64,000 bases of DNA from an uncultured Methanoregulaceae archaeon (GTDB taxonomy: Archaea > Halobacteriota > Methanomicrobia > Methanomicrobiales > Methanospirillaceae), in NCBI GenBank assembly GCA_963717525.1, contig OY970343.1:288001-352000 (forward strand), given 5' to 3'. Under the pieces are notes generated by a model, which saw only the letters and a program-made list of their open reading frames with translations, was not told the origin of the DNA and did not search any database. The first letter of the stretch is position 1. Each line of letters opens with the position of its first letter. Made by a program: the position numbers and the translations under genes. Shown one piece after another: positions 30,914-41,584 of this stretch.

Positions 30914-32300
30914 TTAATTGTAAATCTTTTCCAATTCTCGCAATACAGATTTCCCGATTGCTTTTGCGAGCAATGGCGGGACGGCATTTCCAACCTGCCG
31001 GAACTGCTCTGTTCTCGGGCCCTCAAAGAAGAAATTATCCGGGAATGACTGGCAGCGGGCGGCCTCCCTGACGGTAAAGGATCTGCATTGTTCAATGTCA
31101 GGATGGATAAAATAATGGCCATCTTTTGAGAGATGTGCAGTAACGGTTGATGCTGGTTTTTCCCGCCACTGGACTTTGAACCGATCAACAAATTTGTCGT
31201 TATTTTTCTTTTTATGTTCAGGTGCGAGATCGGATCTTTCCGAAAGCAAATCTTTCAATGTGGCGGATTTGCCGGTATTTTGACAATATTCAATAAAAAA
31301 CCGGTATCGATCAAGATCCGATTGCATATGAGCCCGGGCAAAATGATTAACCACACCCGGAGAATTCTTCCGCATTTTTTTCTGATAGACAGTACGCGGT
31401 TCATTTTCCGGATATTCGGAGTAAAAACGATTATTCCCATAACCGGGTTTAAGTTCCGGTAAATCACCGATCGCATCTTCTACGGTAATTTGCAGATTTT
31501 TCGGTTTTTTCTTCCTTTGTAATTTTTCGTACATTCTGAAAATCCCAGGGTTTTTTTCTTCCAGGCCTTCTTTGAAACCTATCAGAATCAGCCGTCTTCT
31601 GGTTTGAGGTACTCCAAAATTAACGCTGTTGAGGATATAATGATGAGGGTTTTCCGTTACTTTGTCGAGAGGGGGAATAATCGTGTATGATGGTGAAAGA
31701 TCGGAAAAATCCTTAAGTAGTTTCTGAAAAATTTTCTGCCCTCCGGTGGTAGCAGAAAACAGACCAGGTACGTTTTCATAGATGAATACATCCGGCTTAA
31801 AATGTCTGAGGAGCTCGAAGATAATGCCGGTAGAGGAAATTCTTTTTTTCGATATCCTCCTTTTTTTTCTCGTCCAGATCCTTCATCACCCAAGCTCTGT
31901 TGATTATTGAGTAAGGCTGGCATGGCGGCCCCCCCAAAAACACATTGATCGAATGAGGTGGGTTATGAAAATGTACACTATTTTCAATTTGCTGTATCAC
32001 CGATTGTATTGATTCATCGGAAAGTGTTACTTCAATTACCCGGTGATTTACAGCATCGCGTATATCGGGAAAGTCTGAATAAATCTGCTCTGGGGATATG
32101 TTGCCCTTCACATATTCGTTGTAAATCGGGATTTTGTGTCTGTTTTTCAACTCAAAAAAAATCTGACGAGTCCGAAGTGTCTGACAAGCAGACTCATTCA
32201 TCTCAACCTGGGCGATGGTTCCAAAACCTGCCTGATGAAATCCCTCACTGATCCCTCCGCAACCCGCAAACAGATCGACGGTAAAAAACTTGGGCTTCAT
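30914..32300 (-). CDS. dcm: DNA (cytosine-5) methyltransferase (frameshifted)
   Basis: DLFAGCGG (motif I), GGPPCQ (IV), YENVPG (VI), FGVPQTRRR (VIII), TVREAARCQSFP (IX), QVGNAVPP (X). Confidence 0.92.
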
Positions 32301-32397
32301 CTGGGATTCAGAATACTATTCTCTTTAAAATTATTAAAAGCCCTGGTGTAAACGAGAGGTCAGAATATATATGCTGTGGAAAAATATATAGAAATCC

Positions 32398-34364
32398 ATG
32401 ACATCTTTTCGGGATAGTCAGCCCGACTGGAAATTTAAACCCAAAGCAAAAGATGACATGGCAGTTGATCCTTTTCAGGATGAATTTTTCAAGACAGAAT
32501 CCGTAGGCGGGTTTTCTCATGCCCTTTTGCGGGAAACGATTCAGAACTCCCTTGACGCAAAAGCCGGAGGTAGTTCAGAGGTCAGGATTTGTATCTCTGT
32601 TTTCCGGAGTAATCCTCCTATATATGATGAAAAATACCGCGCATTTTTCAGCGGCCTTAATGAACACCTGAATGCATCGAATAGCGGTCTGATTGACCGC
32701 CCCGATCCGAATGCATCCTTGGATTTTCTGGTGATCGAGGATTTCAATACAACCGGTCTGGAAGGTGACCCGCTACTCGCCGATAATCCGGAAGACGAAA
32801 GCGCCCGGGAAAATTTCTTTTATTTCTGGAGAAATTACGGCCGATCCGGAAAATCCGGAAGCGAACGGGGTCGATGGGGTCTGGGTAAAACCGTCTTTAG
32901 TGCAGTGTCGAAAATTAATACCTTCTTCGGCCTTACAGTCAGGCAGAGTGATCAGCGCTCCCTTCTCATGGGGCAGTCGGTACTCAAGATCCATGGCATT
33001 GAAAACAAATCATTTCTGCCTTACGGAGGTTTTGGTTCATTCGGTGATTCACAGGGAGAACAGTTTTTTCCAATACCGATTGGGGATCCGGAACTGATCC
33101 GTCAATTTTCAGAAACATTTCATGTCTCCCGGACAACAGAACCCGGATTTTCCATTGTCATTCCTTTTCCGTACGAGGACATATCTTTAAAATCACTGAA
33201 GACCGGCCTAATCAAGCAGTTTTTTTATCCGATTATATCAGGAGATCTGTCCGTTACTATTCAGGAAAACGGCAGCAGTATCGATCTGAATAGGGACAGC
33301 GTCAACCCCCTCATTACAAACGGATCTTTTCTGACCTCAGATTTTGATGGTGAAATCGAGGATGTTAATCTGATTAAACTCTTCAGTTTCGCAAAGACGG
33401 CCATCAATCTGGAGGAGGAGGAGTATGTCTACCTGAATCCACCGGACGACCTGAATGTTCTTCCTGCATGGCATGACAGCCTGTTTGAGGGCATTTCTCT
33501 GACAAACCTCAGAAAAAATTTGATCAGTGCGATGTTATCGGTTTTAAGATCCCGATAAAAGTCCAAAGGACCGGTCATCAGCCGCGACTAAACTGGTTCC
33601 GGGCATTCGTCCATCGCGATGGGACACTGAACAGCGCTGAAAATTATTTCATACGCGAGGGTATCAGAATCAGCAGTATCATCTCATTCCGGGATCGGGG
33701 GATCAGAGGGATGGTTGTTATCGATGAAGGAGAACTGACCACACTGATAGGTGACGCAGAAAATCCCGCCCATACGGAATGGCAGAAAGACTCATCGAAA
33801 TTCCGGAATAAATACAAACATGGTGCCAAGACACTCGATTTTGTCAAGGCAAGTTTAAGAGAAATTATACGGCGACTGATGAGGCCGCCGGTTGGCGTAG
33901 ATACTGAAGCTCTTAAGGATGTATTCTATTTCGATCTAACACAGAATGTGACAACAGAAGAAAAACCCCAAAAGGCCCGTGACAAGAAAGAAAAGGGGGA
34001 AAAACCCGGGGATGGGCCGGACGTGGATGTTGAATCCAGAGTAAAATCGATTTTCCTCTCCAAAATTTCGGGAGGTGTTCGGGTTTCTCATAACCCGGTA
34101 TCTGAAAAACCCGTTTCATCGATAGAAATCAGATTTGCCTATGGTGTAAGAAAAGGGAACCCGTTTACAAAGTACCAGAGGCCCGATTTTAATCTGGCGG
34201 ATAAAACGATAACAATCGGAGGATCCGGATTTGAACTAATCAGCGCTTCTGAAAATATATTGAGAGCTGACATCACCAGTCAGGATTTCGAGATTACCAT
34301 CGCCGGTTTTGACGAACTGCGGGATTTGATTGTCAGTTCAAAATGTTATGAGGTGTCGGAATGA
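32398..34364 (+). CDS. Uncharacterised GHKL-ATPase-domain protein, about 650 aa (frameshift near 33520)
   Basis: RETIQNSLDA, IEDFNTTGL, GRWGLGK, PGFSIVI motifs; continues in ORF 33711-34364. Confidence 0.75.
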
Positions 34365-35153
34365 TCCGGAAATTCAATTATACCGGACGAAAGAAAATTG
34401 AGAAAAGTAATATTCACATACGGCTTATCAGGGACACGACACCCTATCCGTATTTTGACATGAAAATAAGTATCAGCCCTGAAGATTTTCCGGAAGATTC
34501 TGAATTGTTTGTTGAGGCCTATGATCGTACGTCGTTTATGCGCTTTAAGTGTGGAACCCTGAAGAATCCGCAATATCCGGAAGATCGCCATCTTACCGAA
34601 ATTCACAGGTACTGACTCGATAATGTTCCGGGTCAAAATAGTGGATCCCTCAGCCCAGCACGGCAAAATTCTGGGTGTCGCAGACCGCATTTCATCTGTT
34701 GGAGAAAGTCAGGAGGACACAAAGCACATTACCTTGTTACCCGTCACATATGACGATATCGGGAAAGAAATCTGGAAACTGGATTTCCGGGATATCGGGC
34801 CGGTTTTGGTTCTGAATAATAAAATTGAATCCGTGCCTGTGACAGAACTGGTAAGATCAAACGAGTTATTTTTCAGCCTTGTATATCCACCGGTACTTCG
34901 GGAGATTCTTGTCCGGATACTGGTTATTGATGATGCATTTGAAGAGGAGGATCCGGAAGCATGGCAGAATCTCTGGCTGGCATTTGTGGAAAGCCTGCAG
35001 GATGTTCCCAAAATCACTGGAACATATGAATTTGAAAATTCATCATCAAACCAAGATTATTTTCTGAAATGGATTGACAGTGATGTTATTCCGGCGTTCT
35101 GCAGGAAGTATTCGGTAAAAGAAAAATTTGAAACTGACATCGGGAGGCTCTGA
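34361..35153 (+). CDS. Uncharacterised protein, about 260 aa (frameshift near 34610)
   Basis: MIRKFNYTGRKKI... joined to ...FRVKIVD...LLPV...WKLDF...FFSLVYP; ATGA overlap with the upstream gene. Confidence 0.7.
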
Positions 35154-35906
35154 ATGGTACGAATTCGTGAACTCAATGATGCCGGTATTGAGAAATTCAA
35201 ATATTACCTAGCAGCAATGCGGGAAACCGGTGAATCGGAAACGTCGCTTCCGGAGCTGCTTTCTGATGAAACCTATACGAGTCTGATTCCCAATAAAATC
35301 GAGATCGAAGTCGGCAATTTTGCAACAAAGTACGAAATTGCCCGGTATCTTCATGAAAAAGTATCAAAAATTATGCCGGATAAGCGGTACCGGAATGTCG
35401 GAATGTGGACATGGCTTGCAGTATTCTATTTCGATTTACTTTGTCCGGCTGACAAGAACGGGAACAGGAAGATTGGAGAAGACTCCAGATATATTCTGAA
35501 CGGCGATGAATGGGACAGAATCTTCCGTCATCTACTGGCGGGACCAGTGATGATATTTGATCTGCACCGAGAACACTCAATTATTCTTCTCTATAATCCT
35601 GTTGATGAAACGGGAGATTTTCTTGCCCAGCTGACGGGTCGCCAGGATTTCGGCAGGAATAGATGTATCATTGAGGTTGCTAAAATCCTGTATTTTGATC
35701 CTGTAAAAAAGAAGCCAAAACGCGGCACCGTTCTCAAAGAACACAGACCCGGGACACTCCGGCGTTTTGTTGATGTTCTGCAGCAGTTGGATCTTACCTA
35801 CGATCTGTATTCAATATCAAGTGAGGAACTCATCCGGTTATTACCATCTGAATTCAAGTCGCAGAATTATCTCTCAAAAAAGCAGGCAGTTATAAAGGAA
35901 GATTGA
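35154..35906 (+). CDS. Uncharacterised protein, 250 aa
   Basis: Intact ORF abutting the upstream stop; GMWTWLAVFYFDLLCP, RHLLAGP, QLDLTYDL. Confidence 0.75.
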   Translation: MVRIRELNDAGIEKFKYYLAAMRETGESETSLPELLSDETYTSLIPNKIEIEVGNFATKYEIARYLHEKVSKIMPDKRYRNVGMWTWLAVFYFDLLCPADKNGNRKIGEDSRYILNGDEWDRIFRHLLAGPVMIFDLHREHSIILLYNPVDETGDFLAQLTGRQDFGRNRCIIEVAKILYFDPVKKKPKRGTVLKEHRPGTLRRFVDVLQQLDLTYDLYSISSEELIRLLPSEFKSQNYLSKKQAVIKED

Positions 35907-35940
35907 TTATTCTTTCCCCGATCACCTGAAATGCGTCGAG

Positions 35941-35994
35941 GGGGAGCCGGAGCCAAGCCCACGCGGCACGGGGGCGAAAGCCCCCATTTGAGCG
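35941..35994 (-). repeat. Partial copy C of the multi-hairpin element
   Basis: Reverse strand CGCTC-AAAT-GGGGGC-TTTC-GCCCCC-GTGCCGC matches the 5' module of copies A and B. Confidence 0.5.
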
Positions 35995-36649
35995 TCTCCC
36001 CCTCCCCAAAATACGCCCGTAAAATCGCCCGATAGATCTCGTTTGCGTTCGGCCGGGGAAACAGGTATACTCAAAGAAACAGGGTGGGCCAAAAATGTTA
36101 ACGGCCAAGGCGCTTCCTGGCGGGTGGCCCGAAGGACGGCGAAGACTCCAAGGACTCTACCAGCGGCGCAGCGGAGCGGGTTATGTCGCATTCGACGATC
36201 AAAAGAAGATGAATTAATCGGGCCTATGATCTTCGTTTTTTTATTGTTTTGGCGGAAAGAGTGAGCTGGGAAAAGGGGTGTAGTACAATTAGGAGAACTA
36301 CGGTGATTTTACCCGAACCAGCGTGATCCAGAAACGACCCGCATTTCAACCAAAGAATTCAATAAATTCTGATGATTTTTTGGAATATAAGCCCACGCGT
36401 ATTTCAGGTGCGGTCAAATGGAATATACGCCCGGGCGGATCCTGAATTGGCAGAGACTGTTTTTACGTCGTTGAATGTGCAGTTACAGCGCGTCCAAAAT
36501 GACATTTCCCAGCTCCGCGCGCGCGCTTTTGAAATGCAATACAAACAGAATCCCGGAGTCGGATTGCATATCTTTATTATTGATCGCGTCGATCATGTGA
36601 TCTGAACCCAAGGAGGTTCAATTTTGACAAACGAAGGTTGGAAAACTGA

Positions 36650-36687
36650 GAATTCCGACCCGAGAAAAATGCACCCGACCTGGGCGT
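36650..36687 (+). repeat. attR-like duplication of the tRNA-Asp 3' end
   Basis: GAATTCCGACC (36650-36660) and CCGACCTGGGCGT (36675-36687) both match 23473-23490. Confidence 0.8.
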
Positions 36688-36911
36688 TCTTTCATTTTCT
36701 TTAGAATATTTCTCAATGTAACTGGTTGTCGTATACGACAACACGGGATTAGACCTGTGTTTTTCCCCGGGAATTCCCTTTTCTGACAGAAGTTGGCATA
36801 TTATAAACATACATCCTGTTTTTCCCGGACCGTCAATCATATCCTTATCTTACATAATGTCACTCACTCTTTTCGATCACATTTATTGCATATAATAAAA
36901 AACCCAATGTT

Positions 36912-37421
36912 GTGCAGTCATCTCGAAGAAATCATGATGCAGCCTCCCCGGCTCTTGGTATCCTCCTGATGCTTGCAATCACGCTCATCCTTGCGGTACT
37001 TGTCCTGTTGATGTTCCATCTGCCGTACCTCTATGACTCTTCTATTCCCGCAATCTTCAAGATAACAAATATCCGGCATACTAACGAACACGGGGCGCTG
37101 AATTATGACAGTTATATGGTGGTGATGAATACCGGCACGACAGGGTACAGGAACGCGAATCTCTATGCGATGACCTACCGGAACGGGATAAACCTTGACT
37201 GTCGGATCGAGACATTAAACGGGCATGATTTCATCCCGACACATCACTTTAAGATCCAGACCATGGGAGGGCCTGGATCGCGGGGAACCATTTGGAATCC
37301 CATCGAGCTCATCTTCATCGATTTCAAAGACGGAACCTTTCACCCGGGGGATCTCGTCACTTTCGACGTGTATGATAATTCTACAAAACAGATCATCTCA
37401 CGCCACACGTATACGGCATAA
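36912..37421 (+). CDS. Archaeal type IV pilin-like protein
   Basis: Class III signal peptide-like RRNHDAASPALGILLMLAITLILAVLV. Confidence 0.8.
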   Translation: MQSSRRNHDAASPALGILLMLAITLILAVLVLLMFHLPYLYDSSIPAIFKITNIRHTNEHGALNYDSYMVVMNTGTTGYRNANLYAMTYRNGINLDCRIETLNGHDFIPTHHFKIQTMGGPGSRGTIWNPIELIFIDFKDGTFHPGDLVTFDVYDNSTKQIISRHTYTA

Positions 37422-37459
37422 ACCATTGAAAAAAGGATGATCGGATCGGCCCAGGCCTT

Positions 37460-37654
37460 TCACTCATCGAGCCGTTTGAACACGCCTTTCTTGCATTTGA
37501 CGATCTTGCAGAGCGGGCAGATCCATGTATTCGGCAAATCCTCAAACGGGACACCCGGTGGGATGCCCTGTGTTTTATCCCCTTTGGCCGGATCATAGAT
37601 ATAGTGGCATTCGAGACATACCCAGCGGGCAAGTTTTTCCGTCTGTTGGGTCAT
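37460..37654 (-). CDS. Rubredoxin
   Basis: [12 protein letters not shown]...GIPPG.PFEDLP..WICPLC. Confidence 0.93.
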   Translation of the reverse strand: MTQQTEKLARWVCLECHYIYDPAKGDKTQGIPPGVPFEDLPNTWICPLCKIVKCKKGVFKRLDE

Positions 37655-37749
37655 TTACGTACCTCGGATAATTCGATTTAATCATTCTACGTTGTCAGAT
37701 ATGAAATCTCCTGAAAGGGCAGGAGAGAATCCCTTTTTCTCCCCCCTGC

Positions 37750-38310
37750 TTACCGGGCAAAATCGTGTGCGGCCCGGGCCGAGAGCCGTGCGACCCGGAG
37801 GGGTTCGGGGATCTTTCCTTCGTGGGTGAACGCCATGCAGAGCCTGCCGGCATCCGCTGGGTCAAGGCCCCAGCTGCGGAGATACACGGTCTGCCCGTCC
37901 GGGAGGATATGGGAGACGCGATCGCCCAGGCGCCGGTATGCATCCAGCCGTGCAGTGTCCCCGGGAAAATGGTGGCAGATGTCGCCGTCCAGCCCTGCGG
38001 ACTCTTCGTATGTCACGCAGATGACCGGCAGACCCGTGCATTTATGCACTCGTTCGGCATCGATTATGTTAAAAAAGGCGATCACGCAGCCCGAGAGGAA
38101 GATCACGTTGATGTCCCGGCGATCAAGGGTTTGGACGATTGCAAGGACTCCCTCAGTTGCGTCCATGCCGCCCACCGCCACGCGGGAAAAAGCACACCCG
38201 TCGATGATGAGATCCTTGCGCATCACGATCCCGGCAAGCGTTGAATGCTCCCGGCCGGAGTAACTCTCCGCGATGCCGAGAGCACGGAGGCCTTTTTTCG
38301 GGATATGCAT
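37750..38310 (-). CDS. DUF99 family (endonuclease V-like) protein
   Basis: RALGIAES, VGGMDAT, FNIID, KIPEPLRVA. Confidence 0.85.
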   Translation of the reverse strand: MHIPKKGLRALGIAESYSGREHSTLAGIVMRKDLIIDGCAFSRVAVGGMDATEGVLAIVQTLDRRDINVIFLSGCVIAFFNIIDAERVHKCTGLPVICVTYEESAGLDGDICHHFPGDTARLDAYRRLGDRVSHILPDGQTVYLRSWGLDPADAGRLCMAFTHEGKIPEPLRVARLSARAAHDFAR

Positions 38311-38349
38311 AGAAGCACTTATGACAAACCCGTTAAAAATACTATACCA

Positions 38350-39273
38350 ATGAAATTCAACAAAGATGAGGTCTGCATCCTTATCCCCACGCTCAACGAG
38401 AGCCTGAGCATCGGCCCGGTGATAAAAGAGTTCCGCACCCTGGGCTACAACCACATCCTGGTCATCGATGGCAAGAGCTCGGACAATACCGTGAAAAATG
38501 CACGGGAGGCCGGGGCCGTTGTCCGGACTCAGTCCGGCAAGGGTAAGGGGAACGCGATCATCGAAGCGTTCGAGATTATTGAGGAGCCCTATATCCTGAT
38601 GGTGGATGGCGACGGGACATACTCGGCAAAGGATGCGGAAAAGATGCTCACCCCGCTCTTTTTGGGGTTCGACCAGGTGATCGGTGACCGGCTCATCAAT
38701 GCAGAAGAAGGATCGTTCTCACACATCAACCTCTTCGGCAACCACCTGCTCAACCTCTTTTTCAAGCTCGCCCACAGCCGGGACCTCCACGATATCCTCT
38801 CCGGGTACCGGGCGTTCACAAAACTGTCCATCCAGCAGATGAACCTCAAGGAGACCGGCTTTGAGATCGAGACCGAGATGTCTGTTGAAGCGGTACGGAA
38901 CGGCCAGCGGATCATGGTAGTTCCCATCCGATATTCCCGCCGCCCGGGAACACCGACCAAACTCTCCCCCTTCCATGACGGGATCCGGATCATTACCACA
39001 ATCTACCGCCTTGCCCGGGTCAACAACCCGCTCTTTTATTTTGGCATCATGGGCATTTTTACGGCCATCCTGGGGATTCTTACCGGCATATACGTCACTA
39101 TAGAATGGCTGCACGGGATCCAACATATCCCGCTGACGATTCTTACCGTGCTTCTCATCGTCGTCGGTATCGAGATCTTCATGTTTGGGATGATCTCGGA
39201 TATGCTGCTCGTCTTCCACCGGGAAATTATCCGTGAGATCCAGCTGAACCAGCCGCCCCGGCAGCAGAAGTAA
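38350..39273 (+). CDS. aglJ: GT2 glycosyltransferase, AglJ-like (N-glycosylation)
   Basis: LIPTLNE, DGDGTY, DILSGYR, GFEIETE, two C-terminal TM helices. Confidence 0.8.
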   Translation: MKFNKDEVCILIPTLNESLSIGPVIKEFRTLGYNHILVIDGKSSDNTVKNAREAGAVVRTQSGKGKGNAIIEAFEIIEEPYILMVDGDGTYSAKDAEKMLTPLFLGFDQVIGDRLINAEEGSFSHINLFGNHLLNLFFKLAHSRDLHDILSGYRAFTKLSIQQMNLKETGFEIETEMSVEAVRNGQRIMVVPIRYSRRPGTPTKLSPFHDGIRIITTIYRLARVNNPLFYFGIMGIFTAILGILTGIYVTIEWLHGIQHIPLTILTVLLIVVGIEIFMFGMISDMLLVFHREIIREIQLNQPPRQQK

Positions 39274-39339
39274 TCCCTGCCGTCATTTTCTTTTACTTTT
39301 TTTCCACATTCATGGTCTCATGCCGGCCCTTATTTCAAA

Positions 39340-39745
39340 AACAGCAGGACCCCCATCCTCCTTATACTTGACGAGGGGGTACCCCGCCCGTTATCATGAT
39401 CGGCCATCCCGACCTTCAAAAAAGCCGGTAGCCCCCTACCCCCCACCTTGTGGTCCGCCAAAAAATGATCGGACCGATCAATTTCGAAATTGGTCGGGGT
39501 AACCATCCATGTTCCCGTATCACTGCATGTTTTTCCACTGGACCTTCAGATGAAACAAGGTGATCGGTCCGATCGTATACAAAATCGATCGGTTCGACCA
39601 CTATCAGATTTGATTGGGGCGACCATCAGAGCACGCGGATCAGGGGTAGTCCCCTCCCACACCCCATGTGGTTCGCAAAAAAATGATCGAACCGATCGAT
39701 CACCCCTACCCCCTATTCATATGGGAGAGGACCCGGTTCCTAAAA
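39340..39745. repeat. GATC-rich intergenic region with direct and inverted repeats
   Basis: About 53-bp imperfect direct repeat at 39427-39479 and 39645-39697; several GATCGGxCCGATC-type palindromes. Confidence 0.55.
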
Positions 39746-39800
39746 AAAATATCTGGCCCGGTCTATGAGAGGCTAAAAAAATCCGGTTACCTGCCAGGTT

Positions 39801-40364
39801 TTAGCGGAACATCTTCCTGAATGCAAGGACCCTGCAGGCATGTTCGGCAAGGGAGGTGAGCTGGAAGGCCTCATCCAGCGTTGCTCCTCCGGCAAAGGTC
39901 CCGTGCCCCTGGGCAATAACCAGTTTGTGATGCTGCATCATGCCCGCTACTGCATCCGCAAGCCTCTGGGTTCCGGGCACTCCCGCGATCACGGGGATGA
40001 GCGGGCAAAACATGATCCCTTCGCTGTCCAGTGGCCGGATCTCGTCTGATACAAGCGAGGCGGCAACAGCATACGGGGGATGAGCATGCACGATTGCCTT
40101 GTATGCGGTCTTTTTATAGACCGCAAGATGGACACGGTACTCGCTCGAGGCGTCTTTTGGGACCTCCCCGCTGAAGGGTACAAACACGGGATCTCCCGGA
40201 TCATCGAGGTAGGCCCCGGTTCGCTTGACAAAAAATCCTTTCTCCCCGTCCCGCACGCTGATATTCCCGAAGTTCCCGCCGACCAGATGTTCGGCAAACA
40301 ACCGTCTTCCTATCCGTTCAAAGCCATAATCCTGCATCCTTTGCACCTCTTTTTCGTACACCAC
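39801..40364 (-). CDS. Class II aldolase/adducin family protein
   Basis: GNISVR, ASSEYRVH, IVHAHP, GHG. Confidence 0.9.
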   Translation of the reverse strand: MVYEKEVQRMQDYGFERIGRRLFAEHLVGGNFGNISVRDGEKGFFVKRTGAYLDDPGDPVFVPFSGEVPKDASSEYRVHLAVYKKTAYKAIVHAHPPYAVAASLVSDEIRPLDSEGIMFCPLIPVIAGVPGTQRLADAVAGMMQHHKLVIAQGHGTFAGGATLDEAFQLTSLAEHACRVLAFRKMFR

Positions 40365-40956
40365 TCTTTAGCGTATTCAACGATATGGGCATGGGTCTGG
40401 TGGTAAACGTGGGGATCCTCTGCAAGAATACTCTCAAAGAGTGGTTTGAGCCCTGAGCGGTGTGTGGTGATGCCGCCGCACCGCGCAAGGCGTTCGGTAT
40501 AAGAATCAATGACAAAGCTGGCCGGGCAAACCCGTAGCAGAGGATACTATCCGCAGTCTCTTCGCCGATCCCGTTCACACCGAGCAACCCTTCACGGAGT
40601 TCCTCTGTCGGTATAGTATCCATGACGGACACCCCGCCGCAGGTGTCTGTGACAAACGCAGCGAGCACCTTGAGCCGGCGTGCCTTTATCCGGTAAAACC
40701 CGGTGCACCGGATAGCTGACTCGATATCGGGAAGGTCCGCTGCACAGAGAGCAGACAGGGAACAGAGGTTGCGTTCTTTGAGCAGCCGAAGTGCCTGTTC
40801 CACGTTCTCCCACCGTGTTTGCTGGGTGAGAATCGCTCCGATCATCACCTCGTCAGTATCCCCCGGCCACCAGGGAATCTCCCCGAACCGGCGTTTGAGG
40901 ATACCAACAATTTTTTTTGCCAAAGCGGCGTTTTCAGCGGAACTGGATGCCGACAT
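40318..40956 (-). CDS. HhH-GPD endonuclease III-related protein (frameshift near 40520)
   Basis: WWP, GAILTQQTRWENV, GFYRIKA, GIGEETADSILCY. Confidence 0.85.
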   Translation of the reverse strand: MSASSSAENAALAKKIVGILKRRFGEIPWWPGDTDEVMIGAILTQQTRWENVEQALRLLKERNLCSLSALCAADLPDIESAIRCTGFYRIKARRLKVLAAFVTDTCGGVSVMDTIPTEELREGLLGVNGIGEETADSILCYGFARPALSLILIPNALRGAAASPHTAQGSNHSLRVFLQRIPTFTTRPMPISLNTLKSGVRKRGAKDAGLWL

Positions 40957-41584
40957 CCCGCATCCTGTTGTACCGTGCGATATTGAGCACCAGTGGTGTG
41001 AGCGATTCGATCTGCGGTGAAACGGCAAGCGGCCCGGCGTTGAAGGCCTGGAGTTTCGAGATCCGGTTCACGATCCCCATCACCTGCTGTTTTGCCTCCT
41101 CATCGTCACCGCATACCGGTACCGAGTACGCCAGCTCCTCGTCCAGCGCCTTCCACCGGTTGGCGGCAATGGTGTTGAACGCACAGCAGAGCCTTGCCTC
41201 TTTTGGCAGGAGTTTTTGTATCAGTAGCGCTGCAGACCCTTCCGGCGGGGGGACAAAAACAAAGTGATCCTTCTTCTCCATCGGGTTGACCGGGCTTATG
41301 ACTATCTTTTCCTCAAACCCATGCAAAGTCGAGAGTGTTGGGACTACGTGCCGGAACGGGATCGCGAGGATGACCACTTCAGCCCTGTCCACGGCGTCCT
41401 GGTTGGTGACGCCGCACAGGGAACATTCCTGCCCCCGGTTTTTCAGGGTCTCCCGGGTTATCGTGCAGCTTGCCTCGGCCTTGTCCTGCTCCCGCGAGCC
41501 AACCACCAGGTCAAAAACCGGGGAGAGGCGCATGGCCATGCCTTCCCCGATATCCCCGGTCCCGCCGACAATGCCGATCTTCAC
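40934..41584 (-). CDS. npdG: F420-dependent NADP reductase
   Basis: IGIVGGTGDIGEG, GSR, SPVNP, GSAA, IESLTP. Confidence 0.9.
   Translation of the reverse strand: MKIGIVGGTGDIGEGMAMRLSPVFDLVVGSREQDKAEASCTITRETLKNRGQECSLCGVTNQDAVDRAEVVILAIPFRHVVPTLSTLHGFEEKIVISPVNPMEKKDHFVFVPPPEGSAALLIQKLLPKEARLCCAFNTIAANRWKALDEELAYSVPVCGDDEEAKQQVMGIVNRISKLQAFNAGPLAVSPQIESLTPLVLNIARYNRMRDVGIQFR

Larger units (their letters stand above)
23478..36687. mobile_element. Integrated element/genomic island at tRNA-Asp (~13.2 kb)
   Basis: Adjacent tyrosine integrase; 13-bp direct repeat CCGACCTGGGCGT at 23478-23490 and 36675-36687; AT-rich cargo. Confidence 0.85.

Noticed and set aside
36095..36190. attC-like stretch (TAAC...GCGGAGCGGGTTATGT)
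   Set aside because: Pairing between the arms is weak, it is a single copy, and there is no cassette array or IntI-type integrase evidence.
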